64,000 nucleotides of DNA from Acidobacteriota bacterium (GTDB lineage Bacteria > Acidobacteriota > UBA6911). This document shows, piece after piece, positions 1-10,076 of this stretch. The notes beneath the pieces were generated by a model that searched no databases, had not been told where the DNA came from, and saw only the letters and a program-made list of their open reading frames with translations. The translations under genes and the position numbers were made by a program. The stretch's first letter is position 1; each line of letters starts with the position of its first letter. The DNA is taken from positions 6,304,001 through 6,368,000 of the forward strand of contig OY761556.1 of NCBI GenBank assembly GCA_963664705.1. Direction: 5' to 3'.

Positions 1-312
1 AAGGCGGCAAAGAATCCGCCTCCGAATCCATACACGGCTGAATTGCTCTATCAGCGGGGCTTGGTCGCCCTGGCAGCCGGCAAGGGAACCGCGGCGGCGG
101 CCGAGTTCCAGAAGATCATTGATCATAAAGGCCGGAATTGGGGAGCGCTCTATTCCCCTGCCTATCTGAGCCTGGCCCGCGCCCAAGCCAAGGCGGGCGA
201 CACCGCAAAGGCGAGGCAAGCTTATCAGAGCTTCCTTGCACTGTGGAAGGATGCCGACAAGGATCTCCCCTTTTACATCCAGGCCAACAAAGAATTGGCG
301 GCATTGCACTAG
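1..312 (+). CDS. 3' end of TPR-containing protein (resembles C-terminus of Ser/Thr kinase-TPR proteins); 5' truncated by window edge
   Basis: TPR-like helices (AAAEFQKIIDH, AYLSLARAQAKAGDTAKARQAYQSFLALWKDAD); stop at 312. Confidence 0.7.
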   Translation, partial: KAAKNPPPNPYTAELLYQRGLVALAAGKGTAAAAEFQKIIDHKGRNWGALYSPAYLSLARAQAKAGDTAKARQAYQSFLALWKDADKDLPFYIQANKELAALH

Positions 313-343
313 TTCCTCACGGATTCGCATCCTCAGCGCTGAC

Positions 344-555
344 AACAGCCCCTGACTTGACCGATTTAGTAACCATATCTTTCGGGAGATACAACAACCT
401 GCCCCGCTATTCATGGGCATTTTAGAAATTAGGACCTTGATTTTCTCCTCACCCGATCAAATCAGCGGTAAGCAAAGCGCCGAAGGCGCGGAAGCAAGTA
501 GCCAGGGGTTCGCTGCGCTCACCCCTGTCCATTTTCTATCGGGCCTCCGGCCCTT
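344..555. repeat. Copy 1 of a duplicated REP-containing block (collapsed form)
   Basis: 344-509 is near-identical to 711-875; 502-555 matches 1096-1124 joined to 2667-2691. Confidence 0.9.
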
Positions 556-710
556 ATGGATCGGGAACCGCGCATTGACGCAAACCGGGCACTTCCTCCA
601 ATACAACCTGAACTTATTGAGCCAAGTTTTTTTCTAAGAATTGGATGACAGCGCCCTGGGCCTACCTGTTTGCCGCACGCAGAGCGCGATAGGAACCGCG
701 AGCCCGCATG

Positions 711-1124
711 AACAGCCCCTGACTGACCGATTTAGTAACCATATCTTTCGGGAGATATAACAACCTGCCCCGCTATTCATGGGCATTTTAGAAATTAGGA
801 CCTTGATTTTCTCCTCAACCGATCAAATCAGCGGTACGCAAAGCGCCGAAGGCGCGGAAGCAAGTAGCCAGGGGTGAGCGAAGCGAACCCCTGGAATGAG
901 ATCGGCAATGATGGAGCCCCGGCCAGGGGCGAAAGATGTATATCGAAAAATAGAAAAGCGTACAAACGGAGGGGAAATATTCCCGGAGGAATATAGGTAG
1001 TTTCTTAAAGAATAGGGGATGAAGCTAGATAAAAGGTATCTTGGGTAAGTGCTTTCTTTCGCCCCGCTGGGGCTCGTTCAATCTGCAATCGAGTTCCAGG
1101 GGTTCGCTGCGCTCACCCCTGGCT
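711..1124. repeat. Copy 2 of the block, with inverted REP-like palindromes (CCAGGGGTGAGCGAAGCGAACCCCTGG / CCAGGGGTTCGCTGCGCTCACCCCTGG)
   Basis: Palindromes at ~868-894 and ~1096-1122; inner inverted pair AGCCCCGGCCAGGGGCGAAAGA (~915-936) and TCTTTCGCCCCGCTGGGGCT (~1055-1074). Confidence 0.85.
939..1048 (+). pseudogene. Decayed C-terminal remnant of an IS200/IS605-type (REP-associated) TnpA
   Basis: Translates as YIEK*K...FPEEYR*FLKE*GMKLDKRYLG*, resembling the YIxNQxxHH...FxEEYxxFLxxxGxxxDxRYLW tail; lies between inverted REPs. Confidence 0.55.
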
Positions 1125-1215
1125 GATATGGAGTGATCGGTCAAGTACAATCAATCCGTTCCTTGTTCGTTCATTTTGGTTTTCTTCGGTTCATAAATAA
1201 ATCAGCCAGTAAAAA

Positions 1216-1398
1216 GAACAGGGGATCGAGTTGGCAACAGCGACGATAATCAATCTGATATTCGCGGGTCGATAAGCACGCATGACAACTGATTCATCGG
1301 GAGCGGCCTCACTCTACTTCCGTGGATTCTGGTTTCCCATACCAACATAGCCAGGTCGAGGTTTCTCCTTTCGAAGCCTGGAACTCGATCTCCTGTTC
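1216..1398 (-). ncRNA. Predicted bridge RNA (seekRNA) in the 3' non-coding end of the IS
   Basis: 17-bp closing stem 1216-1232/1382-1398 (one mismatch); segments matching the target (1348-1355, 1314-1319) and the donor junction (1254-1261; weak 1284-1287). Confidence 0.75.
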
Positions 1399-1470
1399 CG
1401 TTCACTAACCGAATGTTTCCGTTATTAATCCATTGAAGAACAAAATAGCTGCAAGAGCTGGTGCCTTATG

Positions 1471-2565
1471 TCATGCAACACGACCGATAGCCCAGATAAA
1501 TCCTGCCAATTCTCGACTTACCGCAACCGCGATCTTTTGTCTTTCTTTCCCTCGGTTGAGCATGCGTCGGAATTTTTGATTCAATCGCTTATCGCAACGT
1601 TGTGCAATCTCGATAACTTCTGCCGGCAAACACTCTCGTCGTTTCTTGAGAGTTTTGCCAGCTACTGAAGAATGACGGTAGTGCCAGGCGCTTTCGATCA
1701 GCACCCTACGTAGGTGGCTGTTTCCCGTTTTGGTTATCCTTCCCCGTCTTTCAAGTTCACCTGAGCTGCTTTCCGAAGGCACCACCCCAATAGCGGCCAT
1801 AAACGAAGGCGCATCAACGAACCGTCTTAAATCGAGCGCTTCTGCGATAATCGTCATCGCCGTCAGAACCTGAACGCCTTTTAGCGCCATCAAATAGCTG
1901 ACTCGCTTTTGATAGTTCGGCTGTTTTGCAACTTCCTCGATTTTTCCCTGGAATGTTTTCAACCGCTCCGTCTGTTGCTCAAGCGCCTGTCGATATTCCT
2001 CCAGTACTGTTTGATCCCCATCATCCTCAAACACAAGGCTCTTAATCCACTTTAGGTGCCCAAGCGACCAGTTCTTGCCCTGCGGATATTTCAATCCACG
2101 TCGCATCAGAAACCGTGCTAATCGATGCCGTGCTCGCTGCTGGTCTTCCAATGCGTCTTCTCGCGCACGCACCAGATCTCGCAGACTTTCCTGTTCTTTT
2201 TGCGGGATCACAATACATGTTAGTTCTCCCGCTCGGTACAATTTGCCCAAGGCTTTCGCATCCAGCTTATCCGTTTTTACTTTTTTCCCCGCTCGTCTCG
2301 GAGTCAACGAAGGGGCCGCAACCTCACAAGAAATCCCATGTTTGGCCAAATAGCGCTGCAAATAGTATCCATTAACGCCCGCTTCGTAGACGCACCGTAC
2401 ATCATCTTCAAATGCCCTTAGCTTTTTCGCTAACCGACCCAGCCCCGTACTGTCGTTTGATACAACAAGTTCTTCTCGAGGGTTACTTTCCTGCCCGCGA
2501 AAAATTGCGACGTTTATCTTTTTTGCTGAATCATCCATCCCTACCCAAGTGATACAATCTGCCAT
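1471..2565 (-). CDS. IS110 family transposase/recombinase (DEDD RuvC-like + Tnp20)
   Basis: Motifs VGMD, YEAG, KTDKLDA, GVVPSESSSG, ITKTGNSHLRR, VAVSREL; start at 2565 preceded by GAGGAG. Confidence 0.95.
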   Translation of the reverse strand: MADCITWVGMDDSAKKINVAIFRGQESNPREELVVSNDSTGLGRLAKKLRAFEDDVRCVYEAGVNGYYLQRYLAKHGISCEVAAPSLTPRRAGKKVKTDKLDAKALGKLYRAGELTCIVIPQKEQESLRDLVRAREDALEDQQRARHRLARFLMRRGLKYPQGKNWSLGHLKWIKSLVFEDDGDQTVLEEYRQALEQQTERLKTFQGKIEEVAKQPNYQKRVSYLMALKGVQVLTAMTIIAEALDLRRFVDAPSFMAAIGVVPSESSSGELERRGRITKTGNSHLRRVLIESAWHYRHSSVAGKTLKKRRECLPAEVIEIAQRCDKRLNQKFRRMLNRGKERQKIAVAVSRELAGFIWAIGRVA

Positions 2566-2694
2566 GATCGGTCTCCTCATGTTTTATGGCTCTGCAGCTT
2601 CGTCACCACGACTTCAGCTGTAACCCACGATATTACATGCTAGAGACCGATCACTCCATTATGTCTACTTTCTATCGGGCCTCCGGCCCTTACA

Positions 2695-2973
2695 CATTTT
2701 TATTTCATTGCGTGCCAGTTTTTTAATCGCATTCCCGCTTTAGTTCTTAGTCGGAAATTTATCGATCAAATGCCGCGGTGGTAAAGCTGCAGGCCCAACC
2801 GGACAGTATTCGTATGCTGGGCTTGTTTTCGCTGGTGTTTTATCGAAAGCAAAAGGCAAAGGAGAGAAAGTTATGTCCAAAAAGAGAAGACTCAATATTC
2901 GATCCCTGTTGGGAATGCTTCCCCTGTCCTTTATTGGGCTCGCGTTGCTTAATTGCGCACAACCGGTGAGCGC
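2695..2973 (+). repeat. Leader + signal-peptide block, copy A
   Basis: Aligns along its length with ~5216-5493, with scattered substitutions. Confidence 0.9.
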
Positions 2974-4972
2974 GAAGGTGACAAAGATCTCTATTACGTC
3001 CACGGAGTCGCCGACCTTCAGTGGCACGAGTTTCGGCTCCGTCGGACAATATGAGCGCATCCAGGGTACCATTACCGGCGAAGTGGATCCCACGAATCCT
3101 CAGAATGCTGTGATCACGGACATTGCCAATGCTCCGCGAAATTCCCACGGTATGGTCGGTTATACGTCCGATTTCCAGATCATTCGTCCGGTTGATCTTG
3201 CCAAAGGCAACCACCGCGTACTGTTCGACCTTCCCAACCGCGGCGTGCCCTACGCTCTCAACCTCTTCAATAACGGATCAGGCAATTTTAAGGGCGCGGC
3301 GGGGAACCCGGGTAACGGCTTCCTTATGACCCAAGGGTACACCCTGGTCCAGGTAGCCTGGGACATTGCCGCTCCGCAAACAGCTAGCACTTTTGCCGTG
3401 AACTTTCCCATCGCCATGCACCCTGACGGCTCGGCCATTACGGGAATCGTGCTCGAGGAATTCGTAATCGACAAAAGCGGAACGCCTGCCTCCATGCCGC
3501 TGACCTACGCGGCCGCGACGGCCGACAAGTCCCAGGCGACCCTTACGGTACGAGAGAACTACGAGGACACTCCGATAGTGATTTCGCCGGGCGGCTGGGA
3601 TTACGCCAACGCGGCACTCACCTCGGTAAAGCTCACTTCCGGCGCCTTCGGCGGGTCCGGTTCCTTCGGGCCTACGGCGCTTTACGAATTCACTTACACC
3701 GCCAAAAACCCGGTCATTGCCGGGCTTGGTTTTGCCGTGTTGCGCGATTTCTCCAGTTTCCTGCGGAACGCACAGAATGACGATATCGGCACTGCCAATC
3801 CAGTTGCCGGAGATGTGCAGTCCATCTACACCTCCTGTTTTTCACAGCCCTGCCGCATGATGCATGATTTCGTGCTGCTCGGGTTCAATGAAGCCGAATA
3901 CCTCCACAATAAGAACGGCAAGGGCGGCGCCGGAAACCAGCACGAAAAGGTCTTCGATGGCGTCCTCAATTGGGTCGGTGGCGGCAATGGCATTTACATG
4001 AACTATCGTTTTGCGCTGACGGCCAAGACACACCGCCAGCATATCGGGCGCTGGTATCCCGAGTTTCAGTTCCCATGGGCCAACCACATCACCCATGATC
4101 CCATTACGCAGCAGACTGCCGGACGGCTCGTGGCCTGCAGCAGGACCCATACCTGTCCTGAGATCATTGAGCTTAACTCAGAGAATGAGTACTGGGCCAA
4201 GGGAGGCTCACTGCTGACCACTGACACGGAAGGCAACGATCTCCAGCTCAACAATACGCCAAACGTCCGCTACTATCTGATGTCGAGTTTGCCGCATGTT
4301 GCAGCGACCGCTGCCGGCATTTGCCAGCAGCCCCAGAATCCGCTAACCGCGGGACCGGTGCTGCGGGCCCTCCTCGTGGATATGGACGAGTGGGTCACCG
4401 GCGGAACACCGCCGCCCGACAACCGCGTGCCGCAGCGCGACGACGGGACGCTTGTGCCATCGCTGCCGCAGTCGGGCGTGGGCTTCCCAGGCATCCCTGG
4501 AGTCAACTACACCGGCATTCTTCACGCGGGCGATCTATTCGATTACGGACAGCAATTTGACGCGGGGATCCTCAGCCTGCTGCCGCCGGTCGATCGTGGC
4601 ACCCCCTATCCTGTTTTCGTTCCCAAGACGGATGATGATGGCAACAACATCGCCGGAATTCGCTTGCCTGAAGTCTCCGTCCCGCTGGCGACTTATACCG
4701 GCTGGGCTCTGCGCGCGTCTGCCTCTGGAAATCCTGTCCCCATCATTGATGGCTGCGACGCGTACGGTCAGAAGATCCCATTCCGGAAAACCATGACCGA
4801 CCGACTCGCCGCGGGAGATCCACGCCTGTCTCTTCAGGAACGTTATGCCGATCATGCAACCTATGTGAACCTGGTCACACAGGCCGCCCGGCAACTCCAG
4901 GCCCAGCGCCTTCTGCTGGATATGGACGTACAGGCATACATAGCCGCGGCCATGTCCGCTGCCGTACCATAA
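2873..4972 (+). CDS. Secreted alpha/beta hydrolase domain protein
   Basis: 699 aa; signal peptide; FGSVGQYERI, PNRG, GLGFAVLRDF, SFSQ, ENEYW, NVRYYLMSSLPH, DPRLSLQERY motifs. Confidence 0.75.
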   Translation: MSKKRRLNIRSLLGMLPLSFIGLALLNCAQPVSAKVTKISITSTESPTFSGTSFGSVGQYERIQGTITGEVDPTNPQNAVITDIANAPRNSHGMVGYTSDFQIIRPVDLAKGNHRVLFDLPNRGVPYALNLFNNGSGNFKGAAGNPGNGFLMTQGYTLVQVAWDIAAPQTASTFAVNFPIAMHPDGSAITGIVLEEFVIDKSGTPASMPLTYAAATADKSQATLTVRENYEDTPIVISPGGWDYANAALTSVKLTSGAFGGSGSFGPTALYEFTYTAKNPVIAGLGFAVLRDFSSFLRNAQNDDIGTANPVAGDVQSIYTSCFSQPCRMMHDFVLLGFNEAEYLHNKNGKGGAGNQHEKVFDGVLNWVGGGNGIYMNYRFALTAKTHRQHIGRWYPEFQFPWANHITHDPITQQTAGRLVACSRTHTCPEIIELNSENEYWAKGGSLLTTDTEGNDLQLNNTPNVRYYLMSSLPHVAATAAGICQQPQNPLTAGPVLRALLVDMDEWVTGGTPPPDNRVPQRDDGTLVPSLPQSGVGFPGIPGVNYTGILHAGDLFDYGQQFDAGILSLLPPVDRGTPYPVFVPKTDDDGNNIAGIRLPEVSVPLATYTGWALRASASGNPVPIIDGCDAYGQKIPFRKTMTDRLAAGDPRLSLQERYADHATYVNLVTQAARQLQAQRLLLDMDVQAYIAAAMSAAVP

Positions 4973-5215
4973 GCGGGGATCCATCAGGCTGGGCGGCCAA
5001 ACAATGGGCTGCCCGGCCTCTGCCGAGCCCTTGAGCGGCGCCGGCATAAAAAGGCAATTAGCAGTCGAAGGCGTAATGGTTTCCCGACGGCTGATCTGTT
5101 TCAAAAGCCCTGATTGAAAGTTCAGCATCTATCCGTCATCAACAAATCTCCAAACCCGCAATCACAATTTGTATTCCTTCTTTCAAGCATTCCGGATGAT
5201 GGAGCCGCCGAATGG

Positions 5216-5493
5216 CATTTTCCTTTCATTGTGTGCCATTTTTTTGATCGCCTTCCCGCATTAGTTCACAGTCGGAAATTGAAAGATCAAATACCGCAGC
5301 GGTGAAGCTGCAGGCCCAACCGGACGGTATTCGTGTGCTGGGCTCGTTTTCGCCGGTGTTTTATCAAAAGCTAAAGGCAAAGGAGAGTAAGTTATGTCCA
5401 AAAAGAGAAGGCTGAATATTCGATCCCTGTTGGGAATGCTGCCGCTGTCCTTTATTGGGCTCGCGTTGCTTAATTGCGCACAACCGTTGAGCG
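5216..5493 (+). repeat. Leader + signal-peptide block, copy B
   Basis: Same N-terminus MSKKRRLNIRSLLGMLPLSFIGLALLNCAQP and the same upstream sequence as copy A. Confidence 0.9.
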
Positions 5494-7526
5494 CAGGCGT
5501 GACAACGAGTGAGCCGTCAGTATCACCTATAGCGCCGTGCAATGTTTCGACGTTTGCGACGTTAACCTCTCCTGAGGGGAATCTGGTGATCGATTCTGCG
5601 GCGATACGGTCCGCGAATTCAACTGGGGTAAATCCCAACGTCGAGTTTTGCCGACTCAAGGCTCACATCCATACCGCCAACACGCATGCTGCGAGTGAGA
5701 CCGATAAGGAAATCCAGATTGAGATTCGGCTTCCTTATAGCTCAAATCGCAGATATCTACAGTATGGGGGGACCGCCTATGACGGAAGTATTGGCGGAAG
5801 CCAGTATGCGCCGCTCAGTGGATTTGCGAGCTCTCTATTCAATACCGATGTTCCCACCTACAATACGGGTTCTGCGCCACTTGCCGCTGTGCCTCTGCCT
5901 GTTCAGCCGCTGAACCGCGGGTTTACTATTGCGGCGACCGACTCAGGGCATGTCGGCGCAACCAATGCCGATTCCAGCTACTTAAACCACCCGAATGGGC
6001 GGGATCGTTATACCAATTTTGCTTACCGGGCAAGACATCTCCTGGCTGTCACCGCCAAAAGTGCAATGGCCTTGTATTATGGTCAAGCACCTCTTTACTC
6101 CTATCATGCCGGCAACTCGGCGGGAGGACGACATGGACTGATTGAGGCGAACCGCTATCCGAATGAATTCAACGGAGTACTCGCGATAACCATTGGCGCC
6201 ACAGAAGGCGTTCGGCCGGCATGGCTTCGAAATATGCAAAAGCAGTTCCCGGTTGATACCGCTCATCCGGTGATTCCATTTAGTGCTGCAACGACTCCCA
6301 GCGCCCTGCTCGCAGCACTGGGTAACGCCACAATGGAAAAGTGTGATGCACAGGACGGTCTTGCCGATGGATTTCTTTCTGATCCGGCAACCTGTAACTT
6401 TGATATCGATACGGCCGGTATTTCGTGCCCGGATGACATTGCCGGATCCACCTGCTTGACGGCTGCGCAAAGAGAAGTCCTCAAGAGTCTCTACAGCCCG
6501 ACCATTCTAAATGGAACAACGGTCTACCCAAGCTTTCTGCCTGGCTATCAAGGGGATCCCGCGCTCGAATTTGGGAATCGATTCACGGGCAATAACGCCT
6601 CAACTTTACCGTCTCAGTACAACCTTTTTGATGGCGTCGCCAAGTATTTTTTCTTCGGGGATGTAGCGCGCACGATTTGGAATATCGACCTGGAGAATCC
6701 GGCGGATATGGATGCGTTTTTCAGCGCAATAACCCCGGCAGGCTTTGATCAAAGATTGCAATTAATCACGCCGGATCTGTCCGCCTTCAGAGCGAACGGC
6801 GGCAAATTGATTCTCTTCCATTCACTCATGGATCCGCTGTTATCGCCAATGTCCACGCTCGAGTTTTATCAACAGATGGCGGAGGTTTCCGGTGGTTTGA
6901 ATGCCACTCGCGAATTCGCTCGACTATTCCTGGTCCCGGGAATCGGACACATCGGTCGTCCGACCGCCGCTGGGGCGTACGGCCCGCTGGACTATCTGGC
7001 AGCACTTGAAGATTGGGTTGAGCGGGGGATTGCGCCTGAAACGCTGACGGGAGCGAACCCTCAGAATGCTGCCATGACTCGTCCTTTCTGCGCCTATCCG
7101 TTCAAAGCCGTCTACACAGGCGCTCCTGGGGATATCGGTGCAATGAATGTGGCTAGTAACTTTGGGTGTCGTTTCTATGATTTCGGCGGTTTTTTGAGCC
7201 CGGTGGATAACCTTCCGGCGGTCAATGAAGTGAAAGCGGGACAGGCGGTGCCCGTAAAATTCAGCCTGGGTGGTGATTGGGGGCTGAATATTTTCGCGGA
7301 AGGTTTTCCAATGACGGAACAAATCGCCTGTAATTCCGGCGCTCCGGCGGACAACAGCCAGGCAGCCGTAACCGCAGGGTCGACGCAGCTGAAATATGAT
7401 GCTGCCACTCATAAATACACCTACGTGTGGAAGACTGACAAAAGCTGGCAGCCAGGCACGTGCAGACAGTTGATCATGAGATTGAACGAAGGTACGACGC
7501 TGCGAGCGAACTTCAAGCTGAAGTAA
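5394..7526 (+). CDS. Tannase/feruloyl esterase family hydrolase with C-terminal PxKF domain
   Basis: ATDSGH, GNSAGGR nucleophile elbow, CDAQDGLADG, GGKLILFH, RLFLVPGIGH, RPFCAYP; C-terminal VPVKFSL...YTYVWKT. Confidence 0.88.
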   Translation: MSKKRRLNIRSLLGMLPLSFIGLALLNCAQPLSAGVTTSEPSVSPIAPCNVSTFATLTSPEGNLVIDSAAIRSANSTGVNPNVEFCRLKAHIHTANTHAASETDKEIQIEIRLPYSSNRRYLQYGGTAYDGSIGGSQYAPLSGFASSLFNTDVPTYNTGSAPLAAVPLPVQPLNRGFTIAATDSGHVGATNADSSYLNHPNGRDRYTNFAYRARHLLAVTAKSAMALYYGQAPLYSYHAGNSAGGRHGLIEANRYPNEFNGVLAITIGATEGVRPAWLRNMQKQFPVDTAHPVIPFSAATTPSALLAALGNATMEKCDAQDGLADGFLSDPATCNFDIDTAGISCPDDIAGSTCLTAAQREVLKSLYSPTILNGTTVYPSFLPGYQGDPALEFGNRFTGNNASTLPSQYNLFDGVAKYFFFGDVARTIWNIDLENPADMDAFFSAITPAGFDQRLQLITPDLSAFRANGGKLILFHSLMDPLLSPMSTLEFYQQMAEVSGGLNATREFARLFLVPGIGHIGRPTAAGAYGPLDYLAALEDWVERGIAPETLTGANPQNAAMTRPFCAYPFKAVYTGAPGDIGAMNVASNFGCRFYDFGGFLSPVDNLPAVNEVKAGQAVPVKFSLGGDWGLNIFAEGFPMTEQIACNSGAPADNSQAAVTAGSTQLKYDAATHKYTYVWKTDKSWQPGTCRQLIMRLNEGTTLRANFKLK

Positions 7527-7882
7527 ATGACAGCTGGCTGCGTCCTGCCCTTGCGTGCGCATGCTACGTCGACGGTGGAAGTGCGCGGCTCCACGCGGGC
7601 GCCGCGCACTTCACCGGAGGCGTAGAGTCCCGTTTGTGATCTACTCCGCCTTTGGGGCGTCCACATAAGAGAAGCGATTCGGGCATAATTACACCATACG
7701 CTCCCTGTAAATTAGGGTGTACATTGACAAATTGCGGGTGAGCACGAATGGAAGGCATCGGCTTGCTCATGCAGGAAGGATGAATTTACGGGAAAATACT
7801 TGCTTCGCCGACAGCTGAGCGAACTTGCATCAGTATGAACAGAGCTTCTGGCGGAGGTCTCAGCCTCACTGGTGACCACTCA

Positions 7883-9547
7883 TCAGGGTTCCCAGCGGAG
7901 GCAGCCTCGTTGGAGCGCGGTGACTTCCACCGATTCCAGCATCACATTAAAGCCAGTCGATAGATCCACCTCTCGGGTGCCGGTGAGTCGACGGATTTCG
8001 TGTTCGAAACGCACAGGGTTACATCGATGAAGGACTTTCCAATAGTCCATGATTGCTTCGCGTCGCAGCTTTAGAAGAGTGTTAGTAGGAAGGCGGTCAT
8101 GCTTGTCCCGGTTGACCCTTGGATCGGCAGGGAGCAGGTTCCAAAGATCGTTGTTGTGCCAGAGCGAAAATGGCAGTACATGATCGACATCGAAACTTCG
8201 GCTTAGTGTCTTGCCTGTCCAGACGCATACCTTGGAGTCGAGGTCCTGGTAAGCCCGCCTTGCATCTTGGACGTTACGTTCGTAAACGGGCGCGCGCAGT
8301 AATCGATCGATGACCTCGCTTGGACTAACTGTCTTTCTGGAAATTTCAGCGGTCAACTCTCCCCAACGCAAAATCAGAGCATCCTGAATCCAGTGCCCTG
8401 AAAGGCACAGTTCGCGCCAGATATCCCCGCTGACAATCATTCGGCGGCGGTCATTTTCATAGGAGAAGAGTTGTCCGCCCCGTGAAGATCGACCCGCATG
8501 CGTGACGGGACCTTCCTTGATAACGGGGATCAGTTTATTGAATGCAGCCTTGACGAGCTCTCTTTGCTGCCCATTTAAGGAATCATTTCGGAGGGCAATT
8601 GCGAATCCATCCAGGCCGCCCGATCGACTGAATGCTGTGATCAGTTCCTCAAGCTGACGACGAAACCCGATGCGCAGGTGGCCGCCGGCACTTTCCCCAC
8701 GAATCTGGGGAATGAAGGATGAGGAGTCCTCAAAAAGAGGCCAATAGTAATAGATCCAGCGTTCGGCAATATCGTGCACGGGCACGGAGACACGGCCATC
8801 CGGTAGCCATTCAGCAAGATGAAAGTTTGTTTGCGCAATGTCGCAAAGAGCGCGGAAGAGGGCGAGCTTGTATGTTGCCACCTTCCGGTCCCTATTCAGT
8901 ACGCCCTCGATTCGATCAATGGGGCGGAGCGCCTGATCTGAACGGAGTTCAAAGAGCAAAGTCGTCCAGCTGATTCCTGATCTGCCGAGACTGTCGGTGT
9001 CTATCCATGTACCGATGCGCTGGAATCCGAGGCGTTCGAAAAGAAGCTCGAGTTCCTCGGGGACCAGTTGCGTAAAGAGCCTGCCGCCTTCGTCGCGTCT
9101 CGATGCGTCAATTCCGGGACGGTCCTTGGGAATCGACAATAACAAGCGGCCGTTCGCCTTCAGCAAATTGCGAATATCAAAAGCGGCATCGAATTGCTGT
9201 TCACGCGGAATGTGCTGGAAAACTGCGCAGCACAGGATGCCATCGAATTTGCGTCCAATTCGGCCAGCCAGGTCCGGTAATGCTCCAGCCCAAATCCGAC
9301 CCGCAAGGCCTGGTGTCTGCAGCGCAAGCTCCCGCAGCCTAAGGCTCGGTTCCGCGCCATAAGCTTCATACTTCTCACTGATCAGAATGTCCATGTCCCG
9401 ACCTGAGCCCGCGCCTATGTCGAGAATTTCTGAACCTGGCGGAAATGCAACTTTGAAGTACTTCGCCGGACCACTATTAGTTCTCGAATAAGTGGCGAAG
9501 AGCTCATCGCTGTGGTCGTCGTAGTACTGAATTGTTTTGGGATCCAT
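7883..9547 (-). CDS. Class I SAM methyltransferase fused to HNH endonuclease domain
   Basis: ILDIGAGSGRD SAM motif; ATYKLAL; CVWTG...DVDHVLPFS...NDLWNLLP...N..K HNH motif. Confidence 0.85.
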   Translation of the reverse strand: MDPKTIQYYDDHSDELFATYSRTNSGPAKYFKVAFPPGSEILDIGAGSGRDMDILISEKYEAYGAEPSLRLRELALQTPGLAGRIWAGALPDLAGRIGRKFDGILCCAVFQHIPREQQFDAAFDIRNLLKANGRLLLSIPKDRPGIDASRRDEGGRLFTQLVPEELELLFERLGFQRIGTWIDTDSLGRSGISWTTLLFELRSDQALRPIDRIEGVLNRDRKVATYKLALFRALCDIAQTNFHLAEWLPDGRVSVPVHDIAERWIYYYWPLFEDSSSFIPQIRGESAGGHLRIGFRRQLEELITAFSRSGGLDGFAIALRNDSLNGQQRELVKAAFNKLIPVIKEGPVTHAGRSSRGGQLFSYENDRRRMIVSGDIWRELCLSGHWIQDALILRWGELTAEISRKTVSPSEVIDRLLRAPVYERNVQDARRAYQDLDSKVCVWTGKTLSRSFDVDHVLPFSLWHNNDLWNLLPADPRVNRDKHDRLPTNTLLKLRREAIMDYWKVLHRCNPVRFEHEIRRLTGTREVDLSTGFNVMLESVEVTALQRGCLRWEP

Positions 9548-9668
9548 TGGACAGTCATTGTAAAGCCGGCCTGCAAAATGAGGTAGAAAAATGGATGTTC
9601 AGCCCAGAAGGAGATTGAGCACGGCGACATGATCGTCGTAGGATAAAGGCATTCAGAGCGAGACAACA

Positions 9669-10076
9669 ATGCCCGGACACATTCACGTTACATGTGCCAT
9701 CATCCGCCGCCGCGGCTATGTTCTTGCGGCCCGGAGAAGCTCCACCATGAGCATGCCGCTCAAGTGGGAATTTCCTGGCGGGAAGATTCACGAAGGTGAA
9801 ACTCTCGAAGAATGCCTGCGCCGTGAACTGATCGAAGAATTGGGCATAAAAACGCGAATAGGCCCGGCGCTGCCGCCGACAACTCACCAATACCCGGATT
9901 TCATGATTACTCTGTACCCTTTCATTTGTGTCATAGAATCCGGAGATCCGATAACGCACGAGCATGCCGAAGTTGCATGGCTTAGACCGGACGAGCTTCC
10001 TCTTCTGGATTGGGCGGATGCTGACCGTCCGGTGGTGAAGTCGTTCCTGGCAATGCAATCTGAGGATTCTGAATGA
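9669..10076 (+). CDS. MutT-like NUDIX hydrolase
   Basis: Nudix box WEFPGGKIHEGETLEECLRRELIEELG; WADAD tail. Confidence 0.92.
   Translation: MPGHIHVTCAIIRRRGYVLAARRSSTMSMPLKWEFPGGKIHEGETLEECLRRELIEELGIKTRIGPALPPTTHQYPDFMITLYPFICVIESGDPITHEHAEVAWLRPDELPLLDWADADRPVVKSFLAMQSEDSE

Larger units (their letters stand above)
1123..2666 (-). mobile_element. IS110 family, IS1111 subgroup insertion sequence inserted into a REP
   Basis: Perfect 15-bp subterminal IRs ATGGAGTGATCGGTC (1128-1142) / GACCGATCACTCCAT (2645-2659); CT core at both junctions (1123-1124, 2665-2666); removal restores CACCCCTGGCTACTTTCTATCGGG. Confidence 0.93.

Noticed and set aside
7578-7612. 12-bp hairpin as an ncRNA
   Set aside because: It lies between convergent genes, so a terminator or stabilising stem is sufficient; no RNA family recognised.
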